This document shows positions 47,936 to 62,364 of a DNA stretch of 64,000 bases, piece after piece (within the stretch, counting starts at the first letter, position 1; every line of letters starts with the position of its first letter). Source of the DNA: Eledone cirrhosa (taxonomy: Eukaryota). The notes beneath the pieces were generated by a model. It worked only from the letters and a program-made list of their open reading frames with translations. It was not told where the DNA came from and made no database searches. The stretch spans positions 3,906,001-3,970,000 of the forward strand of contig OZ024751.1 of NCBI GenBank assembly GCA_964016885.1, written 5' to 3'. Position numbers and translations under genes: made by a program.

Positions 47936-49209
47936 GCAGTATAGTATAGTATCATACAGTATAGTACAGTATATTATAGTATAGTATAGTACATTAAAGT
48001 ACAGTATTTCAAAGTATAGTATAGTACAGTATAGTATAGTACAGTATAATACAGTATAGTATGGTACAGAAGAGTATTGTATAGAACAATACAGTATAGT
48101 ACAGTATAGTACACTATAGTACAGTATAGTATAGTATAGTATAATATGGTACAATATAGTATATTATAGTATAATATAGTATAGAATAGTACAATGAAGT
48201 GTAGTATAGTACAGTATAGCACCGTATAGTATAGTGTAGTATGGTGCAGTATAGTATAGTACAGTACAGAATAGTATCATACAGTATAGTATAGTATATT
48301 AAAATATAGTAACAGTCAGTATAGTATAGTACAGTATAGTATACTATAGTATACTATAGTGCAGTACCATATAAAACAGTACAGTATAGTATATTACAGT
48401 ACAATATAGTATAGTATAGTACGGTATAATATAGTAGAGTAGAGTACAGTAAAGTATACTATAGTATAGTACACTAGCGTAGTTTATAGCATAGTATACT
48501 ATTGGGATATTAGAGTAGAGTATAGCATAGTACAGTATAGTACAGTATAGTATAGTATAGTACGTATAGAATAGTACAGTACAGTATAGTATAGTACAGC
48601 ACAGTGCAGCATAGTATAGTACAGCATAATACAGTATAGTATAGTACAGTATAGTGTAGTATAATACAGTTCAGTACAGTATATTATAGTATAATACAGT
48701 ATAGTATAATATAGTATAGTATAGTAGTGTGGTATAGTATAGTACAGTACAGTATAGTAAAGTACAGTACAGTATAGTATAGTACAGGATAGTGTAGTAC
48801 AGTATAGTTTAGTACAGGATAGAATAGTAGAGTACAGTATAGTATAGAATAGTGTACTATAGCATAGTGCAGTAGAGTATAGTACAGTACAGTATAATAT
48901 AGTTGAGTACAGTAAAGCATAGTATACCACAGTATAGTACCGTATTGTACAGTATAGTATAGTACAGTACAGCGGAATATATTATAATACAGTACAGTAC
49001 AGTATAGTACAGCATAGTACAGTACAGTATAGTATAGTATAGTATATTACAGTATAATATAGTACAGTACAGTATAGTACAATATAGTATAATATAGTAT
49101 AGTATAGTATAGTTTAGTATAGTGTATATAGTATAGTATAATACAGTACAGTACACTATATTATAGTATAATATAGTACAGTATAGTATAGTACAGTATT
49201 GTACAGCAT

Positions 49210-49257
49210 ACTCTTTTAGCTGTTCCAGCCATCCGGCTGAGACCATGCTGGGGCACC
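49210..49257 (-). mobile_element. ~50-bp extreme 3' end of the 41191-44712 LINE family
   Basis: Reverse complement of GTGCCCCAGCATGG..TCAG.CGGATGGCTGGAACAG.TAAAAGAGTA at 44658-44712. Confidence 0.8.
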
Positions 49258-49844
49258 AGTATATCACAGTACAGTGTAACATAGTATAGTACAGTATAGT
49301 ATATTACACTATAGTACAGTATAGCATAGTACGGTACAGTCCATATTGTATACTATAGTATAGCATAGTATAGTATAATATAGTACAGTATAGTATAGTA
49401 TCGTACAGTACAGTGTAGTAGAGTATAGTACAGTGTAGTGCAGTGCAGTATAGTATAGTATAGTATAGTATATTATAGTACATTATTGTACAGTACAGTA
49501 TAGTATAATACAGTATTGTATATTGCAATATATTACCCCACAGTATAGTACAGTATAGTATATTATAGAATAATACAGTATAGTATAATATAGAATAGTA
49601 CAGTATAGTATAGTACAGTACAGTATAGTACAGAACAGAATAGTATAGTGCAATATAGTTTAGTATAATATAGTATAGAACAGTACAATGTAGTATAGCA
49701 TAATACAGTATAGTATATATAGTATAGTATATCATAGTACAGTATAGTATAGTATATTATAGTACAGTATAGTATAGCACAGTATAGTATAGCACAGTAT
49801 AGTATTGTATAGAATAGTATAGTATAGTTTATTATAGTATAGTA

Positions 49845-50560
<716 letters not shown>

Positions 50561-50584
50561 TAATTGAGTACAGTATAGTATAGT

Positions 50585-50845
50585 CTGGGGGATATTGGAA
50601 TCAAATTTCCGTAGATGGTTTCAAGTGTTACATGTGATGTCCATCTTATGTTTTTGATTCTTCAGAGCAGATTCGTATATGCTCCCTCCAGCTGTCTTAC
50701 AAGATGAACAAATAAGGTTCATGTTTCTGATCCATATAGTAGTACTTGTTCAATCAATGTTTGAAAGATTTGGACTTTTCAGGAGGATGATAAATTTGAG
50801 AGCCAAGTCTTGTCACGCCTGTTGCATGCATCCCATGCCAGTCTA
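50585..50845 (-). pseudogene. Old RTE-like LINE fragment
   Basis: Manual translation LLYGSET*...LEGAYTNLL*RIKNIRW...TIYG. Confidence 0.6.
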
Positions 50846-51114
50846 AAAAAAAAAAAGACTACAGTTTACTGGTTACTGTCATCGAGCAGACAAAGAAATT
50901 ATTTCATCTTTCTTTCTGTAGCATCTCTCTAGATGTGTCTATTCACGAAAACTGACTTTCCCCGGCACCATAGCTCGGGACTCAGGGTTGGACATAAGGG
51001 ATCAGGGGACAGCAATGCAGGGTCGAACAGTGTGGAAAGGGATTGTCAAGAGAGTTCCGACTGCCCACAGAGGAGTCAAAGGATGATGATGATAGTATAG
51101 TACAGTATAGTATA

Positions 51115-51530
51115 GTGCAGATTGGCTGACTCTTTAAAACTTCAGACAATTGCTCTTTACATTTTGAGTTCATATTCCACCAAGGTCAACTTGTTCTTTC
51201 ATCATTCCAGGCTCAATAAAATAAAGTACCACAAAAGTACTGGGGTCAATATAATTAACTTACACTTCTCCTCCAAAAATTGCTGGCCTTGTGCCAAAAT
51301 TAAGAACCATTGTTTAGTGATTTTAAAATCCTGTTTCGCATCATCTCAATACAGGAAAAATATTAAAGCTGACCTTGATAAAAGAGTAAAGAGCCCCTTC
51401 AGTCACAAATGACTGGTATTTTATTTTATTGACCTCGGACGGATGAAAGGCAAAGTTGACCTCAGTGGAATTTGAACTCAGAATGTAGAAATACTGGAAC
51501 AAATACTGTTAAGCTCTACAACTCCACTGC
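51115..51530. mobile_element. Two SINE family 1 copies in inverted (tail-to-tail) arrangement
   Basis: 51115-51310 plus and 51410-51530 minus share the AGGTCAACTT..CTTTCAT..TCAATAAAATAAA.TACC body. Confidence 0.65.
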
Positions 51531-52917
51531 TCTGAATAATAATGGTTTCAACACTAACAACTCCACTGCTCTGAATAATAATGGTTTCTGATTTAGGCAC
51601 AAGGCTAGCAATTTTAGGGGAAAGGGTGGGCACTCTAATTTGCAGTAATTCTAAGGCGGAATTTCAGAATAAGCATATCACTAAATTTTTTCTAAATCTG
51701 AGGTTGCACCATTTGAAGGTAGTGGGTGTGTGGGGTGGGGTTAATGCCACCCAGTGGCACCTCTTTACTGATAGGCCTGTATACAGACATCATAAGTTAA
51801 CGTGTGTGTGTGTATATATCACAAACATCATTTTACATCTGCTCTCCATGCTGGTATGGGTTGGATGGGTCATCACCATCTGAGTAAGTTCTTAATATAA
51901 TCAGGCCTGGGTTCCTAGGCTTTCAGGTATATTCAGCACCCCTGGAACTTCATTGTGTGCAGAGCTGTAGTAGATTTCACTAGTTGGCACTGGATCGTCT
52001 TTTGTGACGTACCGAGTGTCCCAGTGTTTGTTCAACATACCACTCAGTGAACTGATGGTGCGCAATATATGCTCCTTCAAGCCGAACCCAGTTCAACCCT
52101 CTCTCAGTTCGAAGACCGACTTACGTGGTGAAAAGCCACATCTTACACGAGGTGCCTCTGATATGGCTATTATAGGATAGTCTAGCAGAACAAGATGGAT
52201 CTAGAGTAAGCCTTGATAAAAATCCTGCTTGACTCATAGTAAGCAGTAGCTTGTGTGACAATCATCAGTTTAATTAGATGACCTCAGCGTCGTGAACACC
52301 AGTGGCTTTGTAGATGATTGACTATTAATTACAAGGGTTGGCACAACTGCTCCAGTTAGTGCAGAGATCTATGAGAATGTAGGTGTGGCAAGCCACATAT
52401 ATTTTGACCATTAGAAAAAGCAAAATGAATGCTTTACCTTCGATGGAAGCATGACTCAAGAAGAAAAGATAAGAAGGAAGTTCAATCTTTCACCCTACTT
52501 ACAGCAAAAAAAAAAAATGGGACCCTACTTAGTTCATGCAGGAGGCCAACGCTTCAGCCTCATCAACCTTATGCATTTTCTGGGTCCTCAATAGAAAACT
52601 TGATCTTTACAAGGTAGATTTATCAATGTTATATGGAATTTTGCAGAGATGCATTTTTGAGGTAATGCCCATAAGGGTGCTTGGTTATTCCAGCACCCTA
52701 GCCTTGATATCACATGTGGCAATGCAGCAAGGTGTTGTTGGCTTGCCTCAAAAATTATTCGTGGGAAGCTCCAGCACTCTTTGTTTTGACATGTGATTAA
52801 GTGTGCAGGGTTTCTCCCATCACTACACTTTCTTCTTACTTTCTTTCCTTTTTTTATTATCCTGCCACCTTTTTTTTTTCTTATTTTTTTAGTAATCTAT
52901 ATATATATGTGATAATG

Positions 52918-53230
52918 TATGGCATAGTTAGAGTGTTGTTCAGCTTATGATTGATCATAAAGGTTGTGAGTTCAATTTCTAGAACAGGTGGCGCGTTGTG
53001 TTATTGAGTACAGCTCCAGTTCACTCAGCTGGCAAAAATGAGTTGTACCTGAAATTCAAGGGGGCTAGCCTTGTCACACATTGTGTCATGTTGTATCTCC
53101 CTGAGAACTACATTAAGGGTGCACATGCCTGTGGAATGCTCAGCCACTTACATGTTTACTTCACAAGCAGGTAGTTCTATTGACTAAATCAACTGGAGCA
53201 CTCGTCTTTGAAAACGACTGAGGTCCAACA
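52918..53230 (+). mobile_element. tRNA-type SINE family 2, near full length
   Basis: TGGCATAGT head, GTGAGTTCAATT box, CACTCAGCTGGCAAAAATGAGTTGTACC and CTCCCTGAGAACTAC body. Confidence 0.8.
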
Positions 53231-53419
53231 GTATATATGTGGAGGAAAATTGAAGTCTTCCAACATAACTTTAGATAAGAACCATACATTAGGATTAACG
53301 AAAATCTTAAAAAAAATATATCCCCATCATCACTACCTTTCCATCAACATAACAGTATCTAACGTTACATGTATATGATGCTGACATGAGAGATCAGCAG
53401 GAATTGGGGAAACAGAATT

Positions 53420-53755
53420 CATGGTGTAAAATATGTAAGGGAGCAGATATTGGTGTGAAATATGTAAGGGAGTAGTTCTTGTGTGGAGTGTGTAAGGGAG
53501 CAGTCCTTGGTGTAAAGTAAGGGAGCAGTTCTTAACGTAAAATGCGTAAGGGAGCAGTTCTTGATGTAAAATGCGTAAGGGAGCAGTTCTAGATGTAAAA
53601 TGCATAAGGGAGCAGTTCTTGGTGTGAAGAGAGTAAGGGAGAAATTGTTGGTGTGAAATATGTAAGGGAGCAGTTGTTGGTATGAAATGTGTAAGGAAAC
53701 AGTACATAATTTGAAATATCAGGAGCAGTTCGCGTTAGGGAGTAGTCCTTGGTCA
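53420..53755. repeat. ~29-30-bp tandem repeat (GTAAGGGAGCAGTTCTTGGTGTGAAATAT), ~10 copies
   Basis: Directly visible. Confidence 0.85.
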
Positions 53756-54164
53756 AAAGTGTGTAACAATTAAGACATTGTTGACCATTACTATCTGAAA
53801 CTATATTTAGTGGATACACGCACACACATGTATAACTTCATCATGTATGTATATGTAAGTATATATACATACACTCACACACACACACACAACATATCCA
53901 CAGTGTCAACAATTCATATATAAGCCTCTATATTAAGAAGTGTAAAACGTGTTTAAAACAAACAATTCCTGTACAATTCTTTAATATAATGTTTAATATA
54001 TAACTTTGCATGACAGCCTTTTTAGCATAGTTTTTACTAAAGGACTTATTGATAACCTATAAGGTAATATATCCTGTCAAAACACCCTTGAAGATATTAT
54101 TCTGTGGAGGTGAAATATTTATCAACTTTATTATATATAGACAATATTAATTTGTTAACCCTTT

Positions 54165-54305
54165 GACGCATAGAGTTATGGCCCTTGTCAGTCTGAGTTC
54201 AAATCCCGCTGAGGTTAACTTTGCCTTTCATCCTTACAGCGTCGATAAAATAAAGTACCAGTAATACACTGGGTAATTGCTGGCCTTGTGCCTAACGTAG
54301 AAACA
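54165..54305 (+). mobile_element. 5'-truncated SINE family 1 with 19-bp TSD
   Basis: ATTAATTTGTTAACCCTTT at 54146-54164 and 54306-54324. Confidence 0.85.
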
Positions 54306-54314
54306 ATTAATTTG

Positions 54315-54516
54315 TTAACCCTTTAGCATTTAAATTGGCCATATTCAGCCAAAATTCTCTCACCTCTTTCTGTTCAAACCAGCTGTAACTGGCCACTCAT
54401 ACCGATGTTAACATATTGTTCTCAAAATAAATAATATCAAAATCTCATAGATTTAATATTATGTAAGATAAAGCCTTTACCATGAATATAAAGTAATGTG
54501 AATGTTAAAGGGTTAA
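54315..54516. mobile_element. TTAA-flanked MITE family A
   Basis: TTAACCCTTTAGCATT...AATGTTAAAGGGTTAA. Confidence 0.85.
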
Positions 54517-55937
54517 TAGGAAACAACAATAACTATGAGGCAATTAATTAGTGGAATTATTAGACCTTAAGACGATGCTTTTAATATTTCTTCTGGCCTG
54601 TGTGTTCGAAGTTCAAATACCACTGAGGTCAACTTTGCTTTTCCTCTTTCCGGCGTGTTGGGATTGGTAATCATCATCATTTTCATCAGTTTTTACCTCC
54701 CCTTGTTTCATGCTGGCATGGATTTGCACATGTTTTTAGATAATGTGTTTTACAGCCAGATGCTTTTCCTGACGCCAACAATTTTAGTCGTCTCTTACGA
54801 CATGAAGGTGAAAAGGTGTACCTAGTCTAAAACCCAAGATACAAATGACAATGTCTTGCAGTATTTGCTCTAGCTTCTATACATTCTCAACTGAAATCCT
54901 ACTGTAGTCTACTTGGGTGGTAGACATAATCTGTAGCCCAGTTTAATTTACACCACTACTTGGCTCTAGGGTTAATGCAAAGTAAGTTATTAAATTCAGA
55001 AATAAAAGAAAGAAATTAACAATTCATCAACGTTTGCATATTTAAAGAGGGAAAAAAATTAAGTAGTGAAAGTATAGAAAAGTAGGGTGGGAGGGAGCAG
55101 CAGACTACACCCGTGTCTACCTGTCTAGGTGGTATATCTCAACTATGCCCTGTAGACAAAATGGTGATGGCATTGCCACAGAAACCAGCCAGCAACACCC
55201 ACTGCATCAGCTACTCCACTTCTACTTCACAGGGCTCCTTGCTCAGACAGGATGATCTCCCCGCAGAGTTTTTATTACAGAATGATAATAGTACTTTGAT
55301 GACTGAGGACACCAGAGGTCTCAATGTTGGCCAGCATGAAAAGGAAGTGGCTTGTCAAGACCCCGGTATTTACCTATCTTCCTCTCCTTCGCATTACAGA
55401 TGACAATGACTGGGTTTGTGGCCAAAATGACATGGTTGGAGGTGGAGAACATATCACATCACATAGCATCCTAGATTAGGGTTTGTTCAGTAGAGCCCAC
55501 TCCACTGTAAACATTCAGAGTTGAGTTTACTAACTCTATTGTGTATACACAATTATATTTTCTGTTTTGTTCAGGAGAAAATTAGAATAACTGTCATTGG
55601 GAACACTTTAAATAAATACAAGACAAAAGGCTGTACTATGTGCTGGTGCCACAATAAAACCTAGCTCTCAAAGATATTAACACATCAGATGAGTAAGAAG
55701 AATATTTTACACAACTGATAAAATATTTCAAGTTTATTTACTTGTGATTTCAGTAAAGTTTTGTCCCTTTCCAAGTTGCCATACTGAGGATACTGGTACA
55801 CCACCAAATTTCCAGAAACTGATAGATACTTCTTTTAACTTTTAATGCCCTGTACAGCATAAAAACCACATTTGCAAGAGATTATTGAAAAATACAAAGC
55901 TGTGGTATGGCTGCATTGCATTACCTAGTCAATGTGG

Positions 55938-56115
55938 TAGCAGTGAATTGGTAGAGTCATTACAGTGTCAGATCTGAGTTCAAATCCCACTGGGGTCAAT
56001 TTTGCCATTCTTCCTTTCAGAGTCGATAAAATAAAGTAATAATCAAGAACTGGAGTCAATTTAATCGACTTTCCCTCCTCAAAAGTGTTGGCTTTGTGCC
56101 TAAAGTAAAAATCAT
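55938..56115 (+). mobile_element. SINE family 1 copy
   Basis: GAGTTCAAATCCC...GTCGATAAAATAAAGTA...TGGCTTTGTGCCTAAAGTA. Confidence 0.7.
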
Positions 56116-56484
56116 TACACAGTGAAAGTGTTTACTCGAGATTACAGCAAATTTTCACCATCAGCTGTCCACCAGTAAAGACATTACAAACATTTGAATT
56201 AACATACATGACAAGATATTAATTAATTCATAACGTCCTGTACCGCATGAAACAGCATTATTAACAAAACATTCTTGAAAAGTAGAAAACAGGCCTATGA
56301 CTGTATCACATTCAAAATTAAAGCTTTTAAGTTAGTTTACTGCAAGTTTTTACAATATGTCCACTAGTAAAGATACTACAAACACTTGAATTAACAAATC
56401 TGTTTTTAGATATTTTCTACTAAATCCTTACAGAATATTATGAGTATCACCAACCCATCTAGTTAATTCACAGTAAATTAAAAA

Positions 56485-56750
56485 AAATAATAATAATGAA
56501 AATTATTGTGTACAGTGCTCAGATGCACAACTCATCAAAGATGCATGTATAGTACATAGAATAATGCACAAATGTCAGAGAAGTGAATAGTGTATGAGTC
56601 ATGATATACACACAGATACATGCACATGTAGTGTTGGCGAATTTCAGGAAACATGGAAGTTTTGAAGGATGCAGTGTCCTCACAGCTAACAACTGATGCA
56701 GGTAGTTTGTTCCGTGCTTCAGCAACTCTGAATGTGAAAAAATGTTTCCT
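56485..56750 (-). mobile_element. 3' end of the CR1/L2-group family seen at 40226
   Basis: RKHFFTFRVAEARNKLPASVVSC plus matching 3' UTR and (ATT)n tail. Confidence 0.85.
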
Positions 56751-56988
56751 CACTAATCATCTTTCTAATTATATAAATATTTATTTCAATCAGACAATCA
56801 TCATCATCATCATATTTAACATCTATTTTCCCAGCTAGCGGGGATTGGAGAGGTCATCACACACCAAAAGGTCGAAAAAAAAACTGCCTTAATCAAAAAT
56901 CAGTAAAGGTTTGAATCTCAAGGTGTGCTGGATTGTTTGAATCATGCTTCTGCTTCTTACTAGTTCATTTCCCGTCTTTGCTTAACTT

Positions 56989-57245
56989 TTAACATCCTGT
57001 AATGATATAGCAGAAAACATCTAAATGTGGGTTTGTTAATTCAAATATTTGTAGTATCTTTACCATTGAACAGATTGCTGTGAAAATTTGCAGTATTAGA
57101 GTAAAGATTTTAATTTTTTATGTAATACAGTCATAGGGCAGTTTTATATTTTTAAAGAATATGATATTAATGTAATAGTCAGTGTTGTTTTCAACTTTTC
57201 AAGAATGACTTGATAGTGTGGGTTTCATGCAGTACAGGGCGTTAA
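56989..57245. mobile_element. TTAA-flanked MITE family B; inverted decayed copies at ~55840-56210 and ~56230-56440
   Basis: TTAA-CATCCTGTA...TACAGGGCG-TTAA; shared AAAGATACTACAAA.A.TTGAATTAACAAA segment. Confidence 0.7.
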
Positions 57246-57847
57246 GAGTTAAGTTATAGGGGGAGGGAATCACCATTTAATAGAGAATAACTATCTATGC
57301 ATTGAATGAAATAAACTATACATCAAAATATGAGTTCATATAATTTGCATGTCAAAAATGTAGTTTTCCCTTCTCATACACTTTTATACATTATGAAAGA
57401 TGTGCAGACATACTCAGACTAGCCGAAAACCAACTGAAGGGCAGTATTTCTGCTAGTAATATATATAGTGACACATTAGAGTACTATTAAGTAAGACACT
57501 ACTACTATTACACTATGTATGCATAGACCCATAACTCCTGATGGAGTCATAAGGGCAGCATAGTAACATATGGCATTTCTTGGGCAATTTTTAAGCCTGA
57601 CAAGGCCTATCCTCTCTCCAGGTCTGTACTCAGCCAATTTCTTCCAGAAGGAGAGAGAGTGTGATAGTAAGGAAGTGAAAAAGAGATAAACCCATACTGG
57701 ACAGGTACATTTTTATTGTCCTCAAAAAGATGAAAAGCCAAGTTGACCTAAACACTTCTACCAATTCACTTTCTATTACAGTATATATTGACACCATAAG
57801 AGTACCAACATGTAAAGGACATACTACTATGACACAATGGAGGACAG

Positions 57848-57880
57848 CTACTACTACAGTGGCTACTGCTGCTGCTACTG

Positions 57881-57921
<41 letters not shown>
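57848..57921. repeat. (GCT/ACT)n microsatellite
   Basis: Directly visible. Confidence 0.9.
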
Positions 57922-58092
57922 ATCATGTACTGACACAACCTCACCAGCAAATTCATGAGAATGTCTTATATTCCATTAATAATAAGTCCTGAAAGTTTAA
58001 TAATCTTAGTAAAAAAATGCATATTACACTCAGATATATATGGTATATGTGTGTGTGCATATCTGCATGTAGGAAAGTATGCACATACATAA

Positions 58093-58305
58093 CTGGCACT
58101 CTGTTGGTTACGATGATCAGTGTTCCTGTTGATACAAACAACAGAACAGACTGCTTGGGAAATTAACATGTGAGTGGTTGAGCATTCTACAGATACGTGT
58201 ACCCTTAACATAATTCTCAGGGAGATTCAGCGTGATACAGAATGTATCAAAGCTAGCCCTTCGAATTACAGGTACCATCCACTTTTGCCAGCTGAGTAGA
58301 CTGGA
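58093..58305 (-). mobile_element. SINE family 2, 3' part
   Basis: Reverse complement matches 53015-53230. Confidence 0.75.
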
Positions 58306-59175
58306 GGGACTTCAAAACGAATACCCTATCCACTAACATTCATACAGACATTCAGCATATAATAACTGCATATACACATGTATAGATACAGAAATATATA
58401 CATACAACTCTAAATATACAGATCCTCAAAAGTCCTTTCCATTTCATTCAATTTAATTCCATATGTATATTTGTATATATACAGGTACACATGTACGTAT
58501 GAATGTGTGTGTGTGTGTATATATATAGATTATTAACAAAGATGGTCCCTGGCCAACATCTAGTTCACTCAACAAATCTGCAAACTTGCAGTAATGTAAC
58601 TGAAACTAGTAGTTCAGAATGCACACATTTTAGTTAATAGCAGGTACAGTGGCAGTGTTTTGGGAGAGATAAAAGTAAATATCTCACTCCTGGACGAATT
58701 TGTTTCTGTGCAGCATACTTAACAATTGCATATATTAAATCTGCAGTGTTCAGAAAACTACATAGTATCAGCAGATAGTTATGTAACTGGGAAAATTGCA
58801 CTTCTTCAGCAGGCGGCCCAAAGTCAATACTTCAGTCTATTCATTGTGTATGGTAGCAGTTACCACTCCGATAAGGAATTTAGCAGTTGGTGCTAACTTT
58901 ACACATGACCTCTAATGAAAATAGAGGAAGACTTCTATACTAGACAAAAAAAACACGTGATATGGTGATTGAATTCAAACAAATGAAAATATATATATAT
59001 TCATTTTTATCAAGGCTTAAAAATGTCTTGTTAGACTGGAGTTTCATCTGTTTATCAAAAGGTCAGTGATAAACAGGCGAAACTCCAGAGTAACAAGACA
59101 CTTTTTAGCGTCAATAAAAATGAATATTAAAACTCTACTTCGGTATTTAGTAATTCTTTCTCTCAGCCATCAACC

Positions 59176-59228
<53 letters not shown>

Positions 59229-59289
59229 TATATCTATTATGAGAGAGAGAGAAAGAAGATATTTTATTGAACACACTTATTTTTATGTT

Positions 59290-60720
59290 GTGGGTTATTG
59301 AGGCACTGTGTAACATAGAAATGTTGGTTAACCCCAGATCAAACCTAACGAAGCAGTTCTTGTATCAAAACTGTGCAGTGTGATGGAACTGTACAATGTC
59401 AGAGGTCAATATCTGGACAACATTCAAACTATTTATGCAAGTGGTATGAGTGAAGTCTAAACATCAAAACAGACTGGTTTGAGATCTCATCCGAAGTGAG
59501 ATATGGATGTATCTTGTCAACCCTTATGGTCATCATATAAACAGATATAGGATTACGAGAGAAGCTAACCCACACTCCAACACAGAAGCCTTGAATATGT
59601 TGTTCATTAATGACCAGTGCTTTATACATGAGAAAGAAAATATCCAAAAGCATTCCACTATATCAGACAAGGAGTGTGAATGGAAGCATATGTAAACTAT
59701 CAAAAGATCTAAAGTCTGTCCTAAGCCTGAAGGCTCGTTAGGGCGATGCTTATCCCGGTTTCATGGCGTGAAGCAACTGAGAGTACAAGACTTCCCCCTG
59801 GACAGGACGCCAGTTCATCGCAGGGTTAAACCCCCAGCTATTGCTGGTACTCATTTTCAGCTGAGTATACTGGAACAATGAACTGAACCTAACCTACAAC
59901 ATTGTGACTAAGTCTAACACCATTACCACTAGGCCACACGCCTCCACACATGTAAACTAGAATTAGCAAAATAGAGGTGATGAAGGTTTGCATATCATCA
60001 GTCAACACTGACATCAACAAGTCTAAACTGAAACAAATGAAAGAGTTCAAGTACCTAGGGAGTATCTTTACTGAAGATGGATGACAGAATCAGAAAGATT
60101 GAGACTAGAGCACAAAAAGTCATTAGCATCAGCTACCAGACTTCCAGTCAGAGATTGTGATTAGAGTACAGAAGGTCATTAGCATCAACAACCAGACAAC
60201 CCCAGTCAAAGATTGAGACTAGATAGAGTACAGAAGATTATTAGCATCAGTAACCAAACTGCCGCGCTCTAATATCGCAATGAAAATTAAAGCTAAGCTG
60301 ATCGACTCAATCTTCATTCCAACACTCACACACCAATACTGAACCTAGAGCCTGACTAAGTCTCTAGAGTGAAAAGTCACAAGCTGTGAGATGCATTACC
60401 TGAGAAAAGCTGTCAACAAGATAAGACGAGAAGGAATCAGGAATGATGATGAGATCTGGAAATTGGTCAGAACAAGACAAACCATTATCACATACAACAA
60501 AGTTTGGACATGTACAACGGGCCGGTTGGTAGATTGGAATTTTTCTTGCCACATGGCTAGAGGCCAAGGATGTCTTACCACATGCAAGCATGGAAGATGG
60601 ATGTTAAATGATGATGATGATGGCTGGAGGCCAAGGATGTTGTACCACATGGCCAGCCAATCAAGAAGTGGATAGAAAACATCAAGGAAACACTGACATC
60701 ACACCAGGACAGTACTTCCA
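59290..60720 (+). pseudogene. Highly decayed RTE-like LINE RT fragment with nested insertions
   Basis: Remnants RITREAN, KLKQMKEFKYLGSIFTEDG, SIFIPTL, CEMHYLRKAVNKIRREGIRN. Confidence 0.6.
59700..59949 (-). mobile_element. tRNA-headed SINE family 3 (V-SINE-like domain) with ~10-bp TSD
   Basis: GGAGGCGTGTGGCCTAGTGG head; CCCTGCGATGAACTGGCGTCCTGTCCAGGG and GAAACCGGGATAAGC; ATGTAAACTA on both sides. Confidence 0.7.
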
Positions 60721-61032
60721 ATCCACTGCAGAATGAAGGCTCTTTTTTTTTTTACATCACCTCCATGGGAACAAGCAGAAAGACAATTAAAGAAACAATA
60801 ATAAGCAAAACCATTTCATCTATGGCCATCCTGTTTTTTTATAGACATATCTCAAGGTTTATATTATCCAATGCACCCTTCCTGTTTTTTATGATAGCAG
60901 GATATAATTTCAGGAAAATTTTACTACAATTTCTAGCATGTCAAACAACCCTATAACAAGCTTCCTTGCTGGCTCAATTATCAAATTGTTGTAGTTTAGC
61001 ACTAGGTAAACCCTGATCACTGAGGCATATAA

Positions 61033-61383
61033 TTAACCCTTTAATGTTCAAACCGGCCAGAATTCTCTACCTCTTTCTGTTGAAACTGGCTGTAACTGGT
61101 TGCTCAAACTGATGTTAAGGTATTGTTCTCAAAATAAATACTTTCAAAATCTCATAGATTTGATATTATGTGAGATAATTATGTGATGTAAAGCCTTTAC
61201 CATGAAAATATAATAGTATATATAAAATAATTGTTTCTACTTTTGGCACAAGGCCAGCAATTATCCCAGTACATTACTGGTACTTTATTTTATCGACCCC
61301 GTAAGGATGAAAAGCAAAGTTAACCTCGGCGGGATTTGAACTCAGATAGTATATATAAAATAATGTGAATGCTAAAAGGTTAA
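61033..61383. mobile_element. TTAA MITE family A interrupted by a SINE family 1 copy (61231-61345, minus) with 18-bp TSD
   Basis: ATAGTATATATAAAATAA at 61213-61230 and 61346-61363. Confidence 0.85.
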
Positions 61384-62364
61384 AAGCATTCCAGTTCTGA
61401 CTAACCCATAATTCTCTATATTATGTGACATTACCCTATGTGCCGTTTTAAGATGGTATGGTGTGATTTAAGTGAGATTTATCAGCTATTTCAAGAAGGT
61501 TGAGCAACAGGGTTTCTTAATGGACAATATCAGTGGAGTGGAGAATGGAGACTTGGTTGTGATGTCACTGGTGCCAAGCTGTATTGACCTTTCACTTTCC
61601 CTTGGACAATATCAGTGGTGTGGAGAAGGGACTTGCCCAAGTTTGCATCAAGGAAAGGTATTTTCCTGGAGGGTCTGACAAGACAAACAGAGGTCAGAGA
61701 TTTCTGTTGTATTTTATCTGGATCAGTTAAAGGAACCAGTGATTTTAAGGTGGTGACATACCTGTGTGTTGTATTTTTATACAGCAGTTTGATTTGCTGA
61801 ATGTAACAGCCAAAGCTTGCTAAAAAAACTGGAATGGTGACTGTTAGCATGCCAGTTAATAATTGATATTTGACCAAAATCAACACAGCAAAGCATTAGA
61901 CAGTGCTGGAGAAAGGAAAGTACCTGGAATGAATTTAACAATCATCATCATTATTTTCCATCCATTTTCCTGATGGGTCCTTACAGACAAACTCAGTACT
62001 TAATCAGAGCTTCTGTTCTCCTTGGCATGTCAGGGAAACTATGTCTTGCTCAATATGTTCCATTTTTAGCATGGTTTCTACAGCTGGATAGCCTTTGTAA
62101 CATAGAGTGTACAGGATGTGTTTTATCATGGTACCAGTACTAGAAACGTTGTCATGTCCTTGACATGACTGAAAACCCTCTCTACCCTATGTTGTTACTA
62201 ACATATGGTAGAGAGGGTGTATTTTATTGTGGCACAATCAAGTTGCTGTCTTCCAAGACAAATGAAACTGAGAATGAAAATTAATTTACCATCTTAAACA
62301 TAGTTCTAAATGAGAAACCACATATCTCCTCTTCTGTCCAATCTAACACCTTCAATTCTATGAT

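Larger units (their letters stand above)
44713..49844 (+). repeat. (TAGTA/CAGTA)n satellite block 3
   Basis: Directly visible; interrupted at 47751-47935 and 49210-49257. Confidence 0.97.

Noticed and set aside
53333-53707. 124-aa repetitive ORF
   Set aside because: Translation of the ~30-bp tandem repeat; no recognisable domain
55113-55403. 96-aa plus-strand ORF, and the 200-aa ORF at 17776-18378
   Set aside because: No recognisable motifs; the longer one crosses three unrelated repeats
55742-55849. Possible minus-strand exon (tacag / gtaaat)
   Set aside because: The acceptor comes from a MITE family B terminus and all frames are closed
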